The position numbers and the translations under genes were made by a program. Positions 47,413 to 57,481 of a stretch of DNA of 64,000 bases are shown here, piece by piece. Where the stretch lies: positions 32,001 through 96,000 of the forward strand of contig CAWGVS010000001.1 of the NCBI GenBank assembly GCA_963826115.1. The letters are read 5' to 3'. This DNA comes from an uncultured Candidatus Rokubacteria bacterium (GTDB lineage Bacteria > Methylomirabilota > Methylomirabilia > Rokubacteriales > DASRDR01). Below the pieces are notes generated by a model. That model was not told where the DNA came from and ran no database searches. It saw only the letters and a list, made by a program, of their open reading frames with translations. How positions within the stretch are numbered: position 1 is the first letter of the stretch; each line of letters starts with the position of its first letter.

Positions 47413-48075
47413 TCACGAGCCGGGCGAGCCCTTCCAAGGCCGTTGCCCGTAGCGGTCGAGCGAGACCACCTCGCCCACCGGCCGGCGCGTCGTCGGTCCG
47501 TAGCGACCGCGCGGCCAGCCGAGCGGGATCACCGCACAGGGCTGCACGCTCCAGGGGCAGCCGAGGATGCGCCGCGCCGACCAGGTGCTCCACAGCGGCA
47601 GCGTGATCAGCGCCGCGCCGAGGTTCACGGCACGCGCGGCGAGCAGCAGGTTCTGCACCGAGGGGAAGACCGAACCGTAGTACGAGGCGGTCGCCATCGG
47701 CGGGAACCAGAGTCGGAGCCCGCGCAGGCAGGCCACGACGATCACCGGGATCTCCTCGAAGTGGTCGGCCTGCCACTGCACCGCGTCGAGCACCCGTGGC
47801 ATCGTCGGGTCATGGCGCGTGAGCCAGCGCCCGAGCCCGCCGTACAGCTGCCAGGCCTGGCGGTTGCGGCGCGCGAGCTTGGCCTTCACGGCGGGATCGC
47901 GCACGATGATGAACTCCCAGTTCTGGGCGTTCGACCCGGTCGGTGCCTTCAGCGCCAGCTCGATGAGCCGCAGCACGAGCGCGTCGTCCACCGGATCAGG
48001 CTTGAGGCGCCTCACCGCGCGCTGCGTCGTCATGGCCTCCGCGAGCGGCATGGAGAAGTCCCACGTGTCTCTCAT
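47413..48075 (-). CDS. Nitroreductase family protein
   Basis: TQRAVRRLKPDPV..APTGSNAQNWEF..SVQNLLLAARA..IPLGWP. Confidence 0.9.
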   Translation of the reverse strand: MRDTWDFSMPLAEAMTTQRAVRRLKPDPVDDALVLRLIELALKAPTGSNAQNWEFIIVRDPAVKAKLARRNRQAWQLYGGLGRWLTRHDPTMPRVLDAVQWQADHFEEIPVIVVACLRGLRLWFPPMATASYYGSVFPSVQNLLLAARAVNLGAALITLPLWSTWSARRILGCPWSVQPCAVIPLGWPRGRYGPTTRRPVGEVVSLDRYGQRPWKGSPGS

Positions 48076-48256
48076 CGAGGCATCCTCCCTCAGGTGCGAA
48101 AAGGCCGAAAGCAAGGTTTCGGTGAAGAAGCGTTGCGTCGAGGCCTAAGGCGAACGAAGGCTCGCCGGCTGACGCGAGGGTTTGATCCAGGCTTGAGGAC
48201 CTTCCCCATTGTCCTCAAACCTGGAGGCGGACATCTCACCTATCATGAATCGCGGG

Positions 48257-48384
48257 TGGTGGCACGACGGGATTCGAACCCGTGTTTCAGTCACGATCGC
48301 CTCTGAGCCCATAGATTCGCGCGGTTAGGACGCATGACGCCTCCGAGAAGAGACGGGACTCGAACCTTCACGGGTTCGAATCCC
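48257..48384. repeat. tRNA-Glu-like 3' remnant with inverted T-arm copy
   Basis: GGGATTCGAACCCGTG (48269-48284) and CACGGGTTCGAATCCC (48369-48384) are perfect 16-bp inverted repeats; the interior resembles 44041-44127. Confidence 0.7.
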
Positions 48385-48471
48385 CGACGGGAACTGCCCC
48401 CCTTAGGTTGCTCGTACCCATCCGCGTCCGGGTACGGGCGGCCTGATGGCAGAACACTCGCCACTCTCCCC
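48381..48471 (+). repeat. 91-bp exact direct repeat, copy 1 (copy 2 at 51632-51722; degenerate copy ~50915-50985)
   Basis: TCCCCGACGGGAACTGCC..GCCACTCTCCCC identical in both. Confidence 0.9.
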
Positions 48472-48529
48472 TAACCCCAGGTTACCTAGGCCCAGATGAT
48501 CGAAGTGGTCCGTATATTTGATTCGCCAG

Positions 48530-48817
48530 CTCGGGCCCGGCCCGCCGCCTGGGGCGTCCGCCATCGCGCCCTGACGGCCCCTGATCTCACGGGGGCGCTC
48601 GATCTCTAGACTCGCGGCGGCGGATTGGGCCCGCCCGTGCTTCCCGGCCCCTCACCCGACGACGCCGAAGTCCTGGACGCCGCGGGTCCCATCCCGTGCC
48701 GTCCTTGACACTCTCCGCGCCGAAGGCACAGGATTGGGGTCGCGTGAGGCCGTCACGCAGGGCGAGTGTTGTCTGCCAGCCCCCATGGGACCCGACCGAG
48801 AAGGGGCTTTATGTCGA
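48530..48817 (+). repeat. ~290-bp IS91-like right-end region, copy 1 (copy 2 at 51907-52200)
   Basis: Long near-identical block ending CCCATGGGACCCGACCGAGAAGGGGCTTTATGTCGA. Confidence 0.85.
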
Positions 48818-49160
48818 TCAGGATCGCGAAGAGTACGAGCGGTGTGCGCGGCGGTCCACTCGGGTCCGTAGTGGTCGGCTCGGGGTCGTAGACGGTCGCA
48901 TCCTGGTGAGAGGTCGCCACCCCGACCGCCGGATCGGGTGGCAGTTGCGACCCGGGCTCGATCCGGGGCGGTATGGTCATGATGATGCCTCACTACTCGC
49001 GCTGCCCCGCCCAATGCAGATACCGTACCTGGCAATCACGCAGAGTCCTGGGTGAGCCTCGTTCCCAGCGCGGCCGATCGCAAGACCAGCAGAGTCCGTG
49101 TGTCGTTGGGCGACAATCGCCGTTGTCGTTCGGGCGGTGCTGCATGGAGAGGGTGATGCC

Positions 49161-50606
49161 ATGACGATGAGTGCCAGCAGCCTCTATCAACTGTCGATCG
49201 CCGAGCTCCTGCCACTGCTGCGACGACGTGAGCTATCGCCGGTCGAGGTTGCGGAGGCGGCGCTCGCTCGGATCGAGGCACTGAATCCGACGCTGAACGC
49301 CTTCTGCACGATCGACCCGGAGCTGGTCCGGGCCCAGGCGAAACGTGCCGAGCGTGAGCTGCTGGCGGGCGACGGCGTCGGGCCGCTCTGCGGCGTGCCG
49401 ATCGCCGTCAAGGATCTGATCTTCACCAGGGATCTGCGCACGGTTGGCGGCTCGACGGCGTACCGAGACTTCGTGCCGGAGGAGGACGACGTCACCGTCG
49501 AGCGGCTGCGTCAAGCTGGCGCCATCATCCTGGGCAAGACCAATGTGGCCGAGTTCGGCTACGGCCGGGGCCTCACCATTAATCCCGTGTTCGGTACCAC
49601 CCGCAACCCCTGGAACTTGGAGCGGACGCCCGGTAGCTCTAGCGGTGGCTCGGCGGCGGCGCTGGCGGCGGGGATGTGCCCGGGTGCGCTCGGGAGCGAC
49701 GGCGGCGGCTCTGTGCGCAGCCCCAGTAGCTACTGTGGCCTGTACGGCATCAAGGCGTCGTTTGGGCGAGTACCGCTCTATCCGAGCTGCCGCGACGTCC
49801 GCTATCCTGGTTTTAGTGGCTGGGAGACGCTGGAGCACATCGGGCCGATGGCGCGCACGGTGACTGACGTGGCACTCTTGCTGGACGTCCTGGCCGGGCC
49901 TGATCCGCGCGATCGTCACTCACTGCCGCGCGAAGCCGGCTCGTTCGCCGATCTCGATGGCGCCGACGTGAAGGGGCTGCGGATCGCCTGGACTGTCGAT
50001 TTCGGCGGCTACGCCCGGGCCGATGCCCCGGTGGCGGCAGCGGTTGAGGCAGCTGCGCGTCGGTTTGCGAACCTGGGGGCCCAGGTCGAGAACGCCACTC
50101 CGTTCACCGACGATCCGCGCACGTATTTCGCGGCCGTGGTGGCGTTCGACTCGGACGTCACGGCGATGCGCAAGCTGGCGGCCGAGCAGCCAGGCTCGAT
50201 CAGCGACGCGCTTGCAGCGTCAGTGGCGCGCGAATGGACCTACGCCGAATTGTCGGACGCCGCCACCGCCCGTCGCGACCTCTACAACAAGCTCTGGCGC
50301 TTCTTCGAGACCTACGATCTGCTGCTGACGCCAACCACGCCAACCGTCGCCTTCGACGTGACGCACTTCGGGCCGCGCGAAGTGGCCGGCGTGGCGGTCA
50401 CCTCAGACCGGCCGGCTCCCTCGTTCACCAGCCCATTCAACCTGACCGGCAACCCGGCCGCTAGCATCCCGGTCGGCTGGACCGAGGACGGCCTGCCGAT
50501 CGGGATGCAGATCATCGGCAACCACCTGGCCGACCACCTGGTGCTGCGGGCATCGCGAGCGTATGAGCGAGCGGCGCCGTGGGCCGATCGCTGGCCGGCG
50601 CTGTAA
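49161..50606 (+). CDS. Amidase signature family enzyme
   Basis: PIAVKD, GKTN, NPW..TPGSSSGGSAAA, GSDGGGSVRSP. Confidence 0.95.
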   Translation: MTMSASSLYQLSIAELLPLLRRRELSPVEVAEAALARIEALNPTLNAFCTIDPELVRAQAKRAERELLAGDGVGPLCGVPIAVKDLIFTRDLRTVGGSTAYRDFVPEEDDVTVERLRQAGAIILGKTNVAEFGYGRGLTINPVFGTTRNPWNLERTPGSSSGGSAAALAAGMCPGALGSDGGGSVRSPSSYCGLYGIKASFGRVPLYPSCRDVRYPGFSGWETLEHIGPMARTVTDVALLLDVLAGPDPRDRHSLPREAGSFADLDGADVKGLRIAWTVDFGGYARADAPVAAAVEAAARRFANLGAQVENATPFTDDPRTYFAAVVAFDSDVTAMRKLAAEQPGSISDALAASVAREWTYAELSDAATARRDLYNKLWRFFETYDLLLTPTTPTVAFDVTHFGPREVAGVAVTSDRPAPSFTSPFNLTGNPAASIPVGWTEDGLPIGMQIIGNHLADHLVLRASRAYERAAPWADRWPAL

Positions 50607-50949
50607 GTCGGGCACGGTGTCAGGCCGGCTGGGCCTCGGCCTGTTGGGCAGTCGCAACCAGCGCATCACGTGTCCCGAATGGCCGGAAAATTCGGCAGGG
50701 CAACCCCAACCCGCATCGATTCGCGTACTCCTTCCTTGTCTACGGGCACGGCAGTCAAGCCGCCCGCGAGTTACCCTGCCGGTTTGCCTCGTAGGCTGCT
50801 CATGCGCAGCAAGAATGGATCTCGACCACCAACAAGCCGAGCGTGGTGACTGTCACGACGCGGCTCGGCCGGCCGTTGGAACCGTAGCGCGGCCCCGTCG
50901 GGGCCGGCAAGGGCCGTACCCATCTGCGTCCAGGTACGGGCAGCCCTAG

Positions 50950-51170
50950 GTGTCAGAAAGCTCGCCGCTTTCCCCTAACCCGCAGCCACTAAAGAGAACT
51001 CGCCCCCCTACGGACGGTTCCCGACGGGGACCTGTCCGTCCCCGGACCGGGCTCAACGCCCTCAAGGCCCAGATGAAGGTCCGGGGATTGGCGGTCCTTG
51101 ACCGCCGAACCCTGGCCGCGCGCCACCTCCTCGACTGGCGCGCCGAGTTGCTCGACGACCTCAGGGGTGA
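50950..51170 (+). pseudogene. Fragment of small integrative-element protein
   Basis: Starts SESSPLSPNP like MAEHSPLSPNP after the recombinase tail; TGLNALKA..VRGL..DRRT..LLDWR. Confidence 0.4.
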
Positions 51171-51199
51171 GGCGACGACCAGCTTGACCCCGAGGCCAC

Positions 51200-51697
51200 G
51201 GCCCGCGAGACGAGCCGGCTGGAGGCCGAGATAAGCCGGGTCGACGGCGAGCTTCGCCGGCTCGCCGACGTGATCGCGACCGGGGGCAGCGACCTCTCCA
51301 GCCTGACGGCCGCCGTGCGAGAACGGGAGCGCGAGCGCGGGCGCCACCAGGCCCGCCTGGCCGAGCTAGCGGCGAGGAGCCAACTCGCGCGGCTCGATCG
51401 CGCCCGGCTCGGCCGGGACGTGCGGGAGCGGCTGACCGACTGGCAGGGCCTGATCCTGGGACAGCCGAGCAAGCCCGGCAGGGGGTGAAGAAGCTCCTGG
51501 AGGGACGGCTGGCCTGCACGCCCACCGCGGACGGGACGGCGGTGGAGTTCAGCGGCCAGGGTCGGCTCGATCCCATCCTGGCCGGCGTCATCGAGGCGTG
51601 GAACGGGCACGGGCTACCTAAAGGGGTGGTGTCCCCGACGGGAACTGCCCCCCTTAGGTTGCTCGTACCCATCCGCGTCCGGGTACGGGCGGCCTGA
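51200..51697 (+). pseudogene. Large serine recombinase C-terminal remnant overlapping tRNA-like att
   Basis: Coiled coil (ELRRLADVIATG), L.KLLEGRL..TP, ends KGVVSPTG, encoded by reverse-complement tRNA 3' end TGGTGTCCCCGACGGGA (51627-51643); frameshift ~51485. Confidence 0.6.
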
Positions 51698-51769
51698 TGG
51701 CAGAACACTCGCCACTCTCCCCAAACCCAAGGCCACCTCAGCCGGCAGGGTCCCCCGTCCCCGCTCCGC

Positions 51770-52200
51770 AACTGGACCTGGCCGCCCTCGTGCGCCGCGC
51801 GTTTGCGATCGACGTGTTGACCTGCCTGCGCTGCGACGGGCGGCTGCGGGTGATCGCGACGGTCGAGGATCCACTCGCGGTGCGGCAGATCCTTGCGGCT
51901 GCGCCGCTCGGGCCCGGCCCGCCGCTTTGTGCGTCCGCCATCGCGCCCTGACGACCCCGGGTCTCACGGGGGCGCTCGATCTCTAGACTCGCGGCGCGGG
52001 ATCGGGCTCGCCGTGCTTCCCCGCGCCCTCGCCGAACGACGCCGAAGTCCTGGATGCCGCGGATCCCACCCCGTGCCGTCCTTGACACCCTCCGCGCCGA
52101 CGGCGCAGGGTTGGGGTCGCGGGAGGGCCGTCACGCAGGGGCGTGGTCCGCCAGCCCCCATGGGACCCGACCGAGAAGGGGTTTTGTGTCGACTACCCTC
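51770..52200 (+). mobile_element. IS91-family transposase tail plus right-end region
   Basis: AALVRRAFAIDVLTCLRCDGRLRVIATVEDP..VRQIL zinc-ribbon tail, then end motif ..GAGAAGGGGTTTTGTGTCGACTACCCTC. Confidence 0.75.
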
Positions 52201-52219
52201 TAAAGACAGGGAAGCGCTC

Positions 52220-52984
52220 ATGGCGAGACTGGCAGGACGGACCGCGATCGTCACCGGCGGGGCGAAGGGCATCGGCGTGCACTATTCCAAGGCGCTTGCC
52301 GCCGAGGGCGCCCAGGTGATGATCGCCGACATCGCAGATGGCTCGGAGCTCGCCGCCGAAATCGCCGCCAAGCACGGCCGCAACTCGACCGACAGCATGG
52401 TGTTCGACGTCAGCGACGAGGCGCAGTGCAAGGCGCTGGTCGCGCGCACCCTGGAGCGCTTCGGCAAGATCGACATCCTGATCAACAACGCCGCGCTCTA
52501 CGCGCCGCTGCCGACGCTCAAGGTGTCGGAGATCGACGTGGAGCTCTGGGACAAGGTGATGGCGATCAACATCCGCGGCCCGTTCCTGATGGTCAAGCAC
52601 ACGGCCCCGCACATGATCGCCAAGAAATACGGCAAGATCGTCAACATCGGCTCCGGCACGGTGGCGCGCGGCATTCCGGATTTCTCGCACTACGTGACCT
52701 CGAAGGGCGCGGTGACGGCGTTCACCCGCTGCATGTCGCGTGAGCTCGGCGAGCACGGCATCTGCGTCAACACGCTGGCACCGGGCTATACGCTGTCCGA
52801 CACCGGGCTGACCAACACCGTGCATGTGGAGAAATCCCGCGCCGGCGCGGTGCAGCGGCGGGCGCTCAAGCGCGACGAATACCCCGAGGATCTGCTCGGA
52901 ACCCTGGTTTTCCTGTGCTCGCCGGACTCTGATTTCATGACCGGCCAGGTGCTGGCGGTCGACGGCGGGTCTAATAACACCTAG
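52220..52984 (+). CDS. Short-chain dehydrogenase/reductase
   Basis: TGGAKGIG, NNAA, YVTSK, VNTLAPG. Confidence 0.95.
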   Translation: MARLAGRTAIVTGGAKGIGVHYSKALAAEGAQVMIADIADGSELAAEIAAKHGRNSTDSMVFDVSDEAQCKALVARTLERFGKIDILINNAALYAPLPTLKVSEIDVELWDKVMAINIRGPFLMVKHTAPHMIAKKYGKIVNIGSGTVARGIPDFSHYVTSKGAVTAFTRCMSRELGEHGICVNTLAPGYTLSDTGLTNTVHVEKSRAGAVQRRALKRDEYPEDLLGTLVFLCSPDSDFMTGQVLAVDGGSNNT

Positions 52985-53162
52985 CGGAACCGGGCCTTCC
53001 GGCCCGCAAATCACGCATATCGCCTGCGTTGCCGCGACCCTGTTAAAGGTACGCGAAAATCGCTATATCTTAGGCCAAGCAGGCCGAATTTGCCCTTTCG
53101 GGGCAGGGATTTCCAGGGAGCACGCCATGTCCGTCGCCCACGTCGACCCCAAGCATAACGTC

Positions 53163-53208
53163 CCCCCATGGGACCCGACCGAGAAGGGGCCTAATGTCGA
53201 CTACCCTC
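53163..53208 (+). repeat. IS91/ISCR-like end motif, copy E
   Basis: CCCCCATGGGACCCGACCGAGAAGGGGCCTAATGTCGACTACCCTC. Confidence 0.85.
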
Positions 53209-53220
53209 AGGCCATCGGCC

Positions 53221-53310
53221 ATGAAGTGTCCCCAGTGCCAGCAGGAAAACCCTGGGCATGCCGTCTTCTGCCAAGAGCGCGGCACCTCGGTTCGAGGGTG
53301 CGGTCGATAG
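53221..53310 (+). pseudogene. Double zinc-ribbon N-terminal fragment
   Basis: MKCPQCQQENP.HAVFC then an early stop. Confidence 0.5.
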
Positions 53311-53392
53311 GTGGGTCGGGTGGCTCGGCCGGGCCCGCGCCGTCATACACGAGCCGACGATGAAGACATGTTTCGTCGGTCCGGGGTGACGT

Positions 53393-53755
53393 ATGGCTGA
53401 CCGTCCTTCGGGGACATGGGCTGGCGATGTCGTACGCAAGCCAGATTCGACAGCCGTGACCACGGCCTTGTGGCGCGCCGCGCACATCCGACTGGACGCG
53501 CCTCCCCACGTCCTAGAGGACGAGATCGGCTTGCGGCTCGTTCGCGACACCGACGTCCTCGCCGCCTATTTGGGACCGGAGGCGGCCCCGGGGCCGGACG
53601 CGTGGTTGTCCCATCCGTATATGGGTGAGAGGTTCCGTCGCTTTCGCGCCGGCATTGTCGCCAGGGCGCGCCTTGTCGAGGACATTGTGGCCGAGCAGGT
53701 CGACCGCGGGCACGACCAGTATGTGATCGGCCGGCTCGCCTTCAAGCGGGCCTGA
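53393..53755 (+). pseudogene. Truncated LCM-type SAM methyltransferase
   Basis: DSTAVTTALWRAAH..ARARLVED..QYVI, breaks before LGAGLDT. Confidence 0.7.
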
Positions 53756-53943
53756 CGCCAGAGGTCTGCGAGGTGCTCTCGCGCACGGCGTCGGCTGGCA
53801 GCGACGGTGCGCGGCCCGCCGGGGCCTGGGTGTCCCCGAGGGGACTCGACGTCTTTACGCGGGCGTTCCGCGGGGTGCTCGTCGCGTGAGGCGGGGGCCG
53901 AGGAGGATCTCCGCGCCATCGTTTGTGTCCTTCGACCGATGCT

Positions 53944-54939
53944 TCAGGGTGCGACGATGGCAGGAATCACCCGATCCGCGAGGAGTTCGACCGTCTCCTC
54001 GTCCAACCCCAAGATCCCCGGAATGAAGTACTGGATGCCCGCCCCCGCCAAGCCCCGGTAATACGTGATCGCGTCGTCTGGCGTGCCGGCGAAGAGACTG
54101 GTCTGAATGAGAGCCTTCGTCGCCGACGGGATGGCATCGACCCTGGCCTCGACCCCGGCGCGGGTCGAACTCAGCATCAGTGGATACGTAATATGGCTGC
54201 GCAGCACCGACTCCGGAGGACGGCCGAGCACGGCACAGTGCTGGTCCAAAACGTCCAGCTTGCGCCGCACGTCGGCGACACTCTGAGCACCGCCTGTGTA
54301 GACGTGTTCGCCGAAGTTGGACATATCGGCGTACCGGGCCACCTGGCGCAGCGTCACGCGCTCCCCGCCGCCGCCGATCAAGAGCGGCAAATGCGGCCGC
54401 TGAATGGGCCCGAATGGGAGGGTCGCGTTGGTGACCCAGAAGTGCCGGCCCTTGTAGGTGAACGGGGCCTGGTCCACGACGCCGCGGACGATCTGGATCG
54501 TTTCCTCCAGGGCTTCTTGCCGCTCTCGCGGGCTTGGGAGATGGAGGCCCAGCTGCTCGAACTCCCAGAGGAAATCACCGGCACCGAGCCCGAGAACCAG
54601 CCGGCCCGCGCTCATGCGGTCGACGTCCGCGCTCATCCGTGCGAGCAAGCTCGGTTGGCGGTAGCCGACGCAGCTCACGAACGACCCGAGGCGGATGCGG
54701 GTGGTGACAACCGCCAGTGCCGCGAGGGTGGTCCAACAGTCCAGCCAGTTCATGGGGTGGTCGGTTTTCCAGTAGGAGTCGAACCCGAGGGCCTCGAGGC
54801 GCTGGACGAAGGTCTGAAACGCGGACCAGTCCGCCCCTTTCACCGAGGACACAGCCAGGCCGAACCGAATCTTGTGGTGGCCTTCGGCGACCCACGGGTG
54901 CGTGATCCAGGGCCCTGCCTTCGGCGGTCCCTCGTGCAT
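53944..54939 (-). CDS. LLM-class flavin-dependent oxidoreductase
   Basis: GFDSYW.TDH, TTRIRLG, RQPSLLARM..VD.MS.GRLVLGLGAG, LLIGGGGE. Confidence 0.9.
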   Translation of the reverse strand: MHEGPPKAGPWITHPWVAEGHHKIRFGLAVSSVKGADWSAFQTFVQRLEALGFDSYWKTDHPMNWLDCWTTLAALAVVTTRIRLGSFVSCVGYRQPSLLARMSADVDRMSAGRLVLGLGAGDFLWEFEQLGLHLPSPRERQEALEETIQIVRGVVDQAPFTYKGRHFWVTNATLPFGPIQRPHLPLLIGGGGERVTLRQVARYADMSNFGEHVYTGGAQSVADVRRKLDVLDQHCAVLGRPPESVLRSHITYPLMLSSTRAGVEARVDAIPSATKALIQTSLFAGTPDDAITYYRGLAGAGIQYFIPGILGLDEETVELLADRVIPAIVAP

Positions 54940-54991
54940 CGCAGCCCTCCCTGCCGACCGGACTCAAGCCGGCAGCTGGCGTATCCGGCCG

Positions 54992-55621
54992 TTATGGCGT
55001 GATGGGGTGGGGTCTCCGCCGCATGAACCAGAAGTGCGGCCCCCCGGCGGGGACATCTCCCTCGACGGCGATCTCGAAGCCGTACCGCTGGTAGAGCGGC
55101 ACGTTCCGCGGCGGCAGGCTCAACAGGTGGCACTCGACCCCGTCCTGGTCGGCCCGCGCGAGGCCCGCTCGCAAGAGCAGGCCTCCCAGGCCGAGGCCCT
55201 GCCGCGCGGGGTCCACGCCGATGAACATAAGATACCAATGGGGAATGGACTGGGCGGCCTCGCGGACACCGCTCAGGTGGTGAACCACCGCGTCGAGGCG
55301 CGCTCGCGCCCCCTCGCTGAACGCGCTGACCGCCGCGGTCACTCCCGCCTGATCTCTGCGTTCCTGGGTCCTCCGGATCCCGGCGCCCGGTGGGAACCAG
55401 ATGGCGCTCGCCTCGACCGGCCCGGCGGGCACGTCCACCACCCCGAAGAGAAGGCCGTACCGCGTCCAGGCCGTCATGAACGGCGGCATGAGGCGCTCCC
55501 GCTCGACGGGATCCGACAGCGAGTGGGTGAAGAGCGGATCGTCGGCGAAGGCCCGCGCCAGCACCGCTCCCGATTCCGCGACCTGCCCCTCAGCGAGTCT
55601 GACTGGCTCGGCCAAGCTCAT
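54992..55621 (-). CDS. GNAT acetyltransferase
   Basis: LARAFADDP, HWYL.FIGVDPARQGLGLG, NVPLYQRYGF. Confidence 0.9.
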   Translation of the reverse strand: MSLAEPVRLAEGQVAESGAVLARAFADDPLFTHSLSDPVERERLMPPFMTAWTRYGLLFGVVDVPAGPVEASAIWFPPGAGIRRTQERRDQAGVTAAVSAFSEGARARLDAVVHHLSGVREAAQSIPHWYLMFIGVDPARQGLGLGGLLLRAGLARADQDGVECHLLSLPPRNVPLYQRYGFEIAVEGDVPAGGPHFWFMRRRPHPITP

Positions 55622-55724
55622 GACGAGGTCACCTCACGATTCCAGTACCAGTGTCGTCCCCTGACCCGAATCACGGGAGTCCCCGACCGGCACAGGGGGC
55701 GCCGGAGGATGCTTCGACGGTGCG

Positions 55725-56585
55725 TCAGACCGTTGCTCTCATCATTTGCTCGTTCCACCACACGCTCAGACCATCACGGCGATCGCCGATATAGCGCCCA
55801 GCCGCTGCCTCGGGCGACAAGTGAGCGACACGCGAGAAGCCCATCCCCCTGAGCTTTGCCACGAGTTCGTCCGGAAGACACGCCGTCAGCCAGGGCTCAC
55901 CCATCTCGGCGGAGCGAGCCGCAAACGCGGCGACCAGCGCCGCCTCGTCCGGCGGCCGAGCAGACTCGGGCAGTACGAAGCTGAGAACGATTTCGCTCGA
56001 TGCGGGCATGGATAGCACGAACCTCAGCGTCAGGTCCAGGGAGGCCTCCGTGAGGTACTGGCTGACGCCGAGGAGTGCGAAGAACGTGGGGGCGGCGAAG
56101 TCGAGACCCGCGGCTGACAGGCCCTCGGTCAGGGTCACGCGCTCGAAGTCGACCGGGACCAGGCGTACGTTCCCAGGAATCGCAATATCCGCCCCGGCCA
56201 GCCGTCGGCGTTTCCGTTGCTGGCTCGCGGGATGGTCCACCTCGAACACGTGCAGTGGCCGGGCCCAGAGCGGCTGGCGATATGCGAAGGTGTCCAGGCC
56301 GGCGCCCAGGATCACGTACTGCCGGACGCCATCGCTGACCGACTCCGCCAAACAGTCTTCTGCGTACCGACTGCGCACGACAAACAGCGATCGGAACCGA
56401 GCCTGGAGCGGACGGGGAAGGCCCTCAAAGCGTGCCAGGGCGCCCTTGTAGAAGTCGCCGTCCGGCTCGATCAACTTCGCCGCGATCGGATCGACCAGGA
56501 TCTTGGGGTCGTCGTCAACGGACTGATGTAGCGCGCGCATGATCGCGGCCGCCTCGGCGGTCGCACTCCAACGCTGTTCGTGCAT
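55725..56585 (-). CDS. Class I SAM-dependent methyltransferase (LCM-like)
   Basis: QYVILGAGLDT, FEVDHP, VDF, LGVSQYL. Confidence 0.9.
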   Translation of the reverse strand: MHEQRWSATAEAAAIMRALHQSVDDDPKILVDPIAAKLIEPDGDFYKGALARFEGLPRPLQARFRSLFVVRSRYAEDCLAESVSDGVRQYVILGAGLDTFAYRQPLWARPLHVFEVDHPASQQRKRRRLAGADIAIPGNVRLVPVDFERVTLTEGLSAAGLDFAAPTFFALLGVSQYLTEASLDLTLRFVLSMPASSEIVLSFVLPESARPPDEAALVAAFAARSAEMGEPWLTACLPDELVAKLRGMGFSRVAHLSPEAAAGRYIGDRRDGLSVWWNEQMMRATV

Positions 56586-56815
56586 CGAACGCCGCGGTTC
56601 AGAATCGGAGGAGCGGCTGGAATCGCTGGAGGCCCAGGATCATCCGGCCGGTCTCCTCGCACTGCTGCGGGAACATACCGACATGCTGGGTCGCGGCATG
56701 GACATCGCGCAGCGACCGCTGTGCCGCGCACACAAACGATGAAAGCCACCTCCCTCGGAGCGACCGCCACCGGGGGCCCGGCGAGCGGCAGCCGCACGAT
56801 CGCCGGAGTTGAGCT

Positions 56816-57229
56816 TCACCGCTCTCGTTCCCATACGATCTTGCGGAAATCAACTTTGCCCGGAAACAGAACGCTCGCAGCAGGGACCGACTCGATGATG
56901 AGCTTGTCGCCATCAATCTTGAAACGCCGCCTCTGCTCCGTTCCATTCCACTTTTCGTTCCATGAGGCATCGACCGTTGTGATGAACTCCTCACCTTCCA
57001 CACGGTACTTGCCCGTATAAGCAAGCATGGACGTGTAGAGTGCCGCACGCTCTGGTTCGGTCTCTCCGGGGGTGCGATTTTCAGCGGTGGTAAGCGCCAT
57101 GGCGCGTCCCTCGCGTGTCAGGATCAAGGAGCCCTTTGGTTTGGACCCAAAGAAATCCCGCGCCCCGTCTTCGCTGACAACCTGCCAAGAGACAAGTTTC
57201 CAATTGCCAACCAGCAGTTCCGCACTCAT
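56816..57229 (-). CDS. Lipocalin-like domain protein
   Basis: LVGNWKLVSW..G..PKG..AYTGKY..GTEQRR..WER. Confidence 0.85.
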   Translation of the reverse strand: MSAELLVGNWKLVSWQVVSEDGARDFFGSKPKGSLILTREGRAMALTTAENRTPGETEPERAALYTSMLAYTGKYRVEGEEFITTVDASWNEKWNGTEQRRRFKIDGDKLIIESVPAASVLFPGKVDFRKIVWERER

Positions 57230-57481
57230 TGACGCTGCCCCCACACTCGAACATCGTGGATAGAACAGGCGATCCACATAATCAGGCTTGCCCGAAGTCT
57301 AGGACAGAATTGCCAGCCTCCGCACCTAGCACTTGCGAACCTGCGTCATTCCTACGCGGCGCAAAGCCTGTTTCCTGCCCCCTCCCCGATCACTAGCGCC
57401 AAGAGCCGGTGGCCTTGCATATGAACCTGCGATCTATCTCGGCGACGGTGCCAACGCCCGAAAGAAACATCGTGTTTCTCA

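Noticed and set aside
48381-53208. CRISPR array or integron attC array
   Set aside because: Repeats are irregularly spaced kilobases apart; no cas or intI genes; no attC RYYYAAC/GTTRRRY structure recognised
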